A DNA stretch of 49,111 bases, counting the filler, from Catajapyx aquilonaris (taxonomy: Eukaryota): assembly GCA_000934665.2 (NCBI GenBank). It is 3 parts of 3 records of this genome, joined end to end, with 100 filler letters (N's around TTAATTAATTAA, not from the genome) between each part and the next. Parts side by side here need not be neighbours in the genome. Positions count along the whole stretch, not along the records: positions 32,747 to 49,111 come from KZ539660.1; 2 more parts are not named here. The stretch is one strand, 5' to 3'. This document shows positions 46,450 through 49,111 of this stretch, in pieces; position 1 is the stretch's first letter, and each line of letters opens with the position of its first letter. The notes under the pieces were generated by a model. It saw nothing but the letters and a program-made list of their open reading frames with translations. It searched no databases and was not told the origin of the DNA. Position numbers and translations under genes: made by a program.

Positions 46450-48024
46450 ATTGTGCTGGCTGCAAGAAGAAGTGTTCAAGAAATGTATAACGGGTGCCTT
46501 TATCAAGCCACTTACAATTACGCAAACTTGGCGATACAAATATAATCAGAACTTTTATCGTGTGGCCTTGACCTCATTCAGGAAGATCTGTGACCACGCA
46601 GCATTTTCATTAACTGGTACGCAAAACCAATTTACATAAAGTTTGGCATTATGAGGCACGATCAATAATTCATGACGCAGTATTACTCATGCCTGTTTTG
46701 GACATTACAGTGCTTTCACTTAATGCTATGAATAGCTTCAGCAACTGTCTAATAAGATATATCAGTTTTAACACACTGACAAAAATAGCAGGTTTCAATA
46801 AGAATGTGCTTTCCTGACACATCATGCATGTCTAAATCAGTCCTGAAAGCCACTGAGGATTTACTTACAAAAAAATCCAGTAATTACACTCTGCTTGAAT
46901 GTGAATGCAAATTGATCAGAAGAATGTAAGGAAGACCAAGCTAGTACAATCCAAGCATCTGTGAAATTTTCCCCCAATCACTTGCACTGGTTTCGCTACT
47001 TCATTCAGACACAGTAACTAATCATAACAGATTTGTTCAACTACAATATTATTACAGACACTGCCAAGAGAATAAGGGCTGACCAACCTACAAGTCCCAC
47101 AGCCCAAGTTCCCACTATTTACTTCAACTATAATAACATATTAAACAAAAAACATAGAAAACAAAACATATATAAAAACATGTAAAACATTATAGACACT
47201 GTGGGAGTCTCACTGTTCAGTGCACACCATCCTTCACTAACATTTGGACCAAGGTATCACCCAGGTGACAGGTGCTCAAGTTGAAGCTCAAAACAATGTA
47301 ACTAAAATTACTGTCCTGCTAACATAAACAAATTGGCATCAATTTTTACCAGACCCACACAATTCTCTGTCCAAGGTATAATCATGCTTGTTTCAGTTGT
47401 TAACTGTCATATTATCTTCAACTTTGGTGTCCTCCTAACTCCATTGTTATGATTCATAATTACCCCTTCTAAAGTTCAAATAATCTTAATGAATACTTTT
47501 CAGCACGTTATATTTATTACCCCACCACACCACTTTTTGGGGGGGGTGAACGCAGAATTTTGGGTTTGGCCAAGTACAAACTGTTGATGAGATTCCTTAT
47601 CCAAAGTTCCAATTTCGTATCAGCAGCCAAAATTTTATTTTATGAAGCCATCACTGATAGATCATGCCATGTCCAACATTGCCTGATATGGACTTAGTTG
47701 TTAGTCAATGTTTTGGGCCAAAACAATTACCAAGTCCATAGTAAGACAAGTAATTGGGTACCTTGCTCCACACCCCCAGGGGGGGTCACTTCACACCCTC
47801 TGGGGGTGCAGGCACCTCTGAGCTCCACTCACAAGTGCAAATCATCTACTATCATGTTCTAATTTCTGCAAATTTATTTTAATGATAATGCCCCAGCTGA
47901 TGTACTGTAATTACAAGCAAATTAAACAACACTTGCCCCCGGGCTACCTTCATTCACTCCATTCGGCTTAAACTACAACGTTATTACCACTTTTTAAAGA
48001 CATCTTCACGTCAAAAGCTGTGGC

Positions 48025-48216
48025 TTGTGTCCCCGACACAACCTAATGTAATTTTTTTTAAAGGCTGTGGCTGGAAATAAGGTCTCCTCAGAAGAGGATG
48101 TGAAAGCAGCAGTGTTGTGGGGACTCCATCCAGGTTCAAGGAATGACCTTCTATAATTCATGGAACGGTGGAACAAATGCATCAATGATATCTCCAGATC
48201 GCATGTTAAAAATTAG
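48025..48216 (+). mobile_element. mariner transposase C-terminal remnant
   Basis: LKAVAGNKVSSEEDVKAAVLW...*FMERWNKCIN resembles the mariner C-terminus (G.RF.S.EEVK.AV..W...L..RW.KCI) and contains a stop. Confidence 0.7.
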
Positions 48217-48692
48217 TCAAGATGTGTATTTTCATTTGTCTAGCATGGTTGGGACATTTTTATTAACGATTGCAGAACATTTTAAAATGACTGTTTCGCC
48301 TTGTGTAGTTCTTGCAAGGAGAAAACATAACATGACAATGGGAGGTGGAGTGTCACAGACGGGCACAGCAGTAATGCTTGCACTCACAAATAGAAGGACT
48401 TCTGGTTTGATCATTAAGCCTGGGCTTCCCTTTCTCATCATGTGTGGAGTTTTATCCTGGATGACATTTCAATACACCAACCATCCCCAGAAATTCACAA
48501 AATGATATTGCACTTGCATCTGGACTTATTCTCCCTCTCTGTAACCACCCTTTCGCTCATGGTTCCCAGGCATTACTGATAAGGTGCGAAAGCTTGTACG
48601 TCTAAGCAATTAACATTGTCATACCAAATGTCCGATACTTGCAGTATATTACCCAAATTAATTATTATGATTAAGTCGTAGCTGTCTGATAT

Positions 48693-48760
48693 GGAATCAA
48701 AGTCAGGACCTCCAAGGTGGAAGGCTGTGACGCTAACCACTCATATCACCCTGCCAGCCT
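48693..48760 (-). mobile_element. Isolated 5' tRNA-like head of SINE family A
   Basis: GGACCTCCAAGGTGGAAGGCTGTGACGCTAACCACTC is similar to 43863-43899. Confidence 0.6.
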
Positions 48761-49111
48761 GGGTTAAAACAAAATCAGTAATCATGGCTGTTCAAACTTG
48801 ACATGGAATCCCTTCGTGCCCAAGGTGAAAATTAATATTTATAAATGTATCAACACCTGAATGTGGGTTATGAAAGGATGTGCTATGTACACAGGTGTAC
48901 TCCAGCCCCCAGCAACTCCCTATCTACCCATATGGGGAAGGCTGTGTGCCTAGCAAGTCCTCTATCCCCGGATGTGGAGCGCTGTACCAAATCGCATTCG
49001 GGCAGACGACTTCTGAACCGTTCTGAACGTACCTAAATATTGTCAACTCCCATTCAGCCCCCATCTGCAGATCCAACCATCAGCCACCTGAATGCGATTT
49101 GGACCGTTCCA

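Overview
Eukaryotic genomic DNA, most likely arthropod (spliceosomal GT-AG genes, gustatory receptors, tRNA-derived SINEs). It is not one continuous locus. Two artificial 100-nt linkers (44 N + TTAATTAATTAA + 44 N, at 16276-16375 and 32647-32746) join three ~16.3-kb pieces, so adjacency across them is unsupported. Piece 1: decayed transposon-like cargo (spliced coiled-coil ORF, OTU protease pseudogene, PHD-like fragments), then a cluster of four 4-exon gustatory-receptor (GR) genes. Two GRs are intact, one has two frameshifts and sits next to a Ty3/gypsy remnant, and one is intact except for a single TGA-C at a conserved Trp, making it a stop-readthrough candidate. Piece 2: five exons of a PR/SET-domain C2H2 zinc-finger (Prdm-like) gene with a CtBP-type PLDLS motif, whose 3' end is missing. 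Piece 3: five exons of a PGM2/PGM2L1-family phosphomutase, 3' end missing. Its introns and downstream region hold at least five SINE families and several MITEs, including a nest of three SINEs plus a truncated insert in one (TAA)n tract. All calls are from manual reading; no database searches were run.
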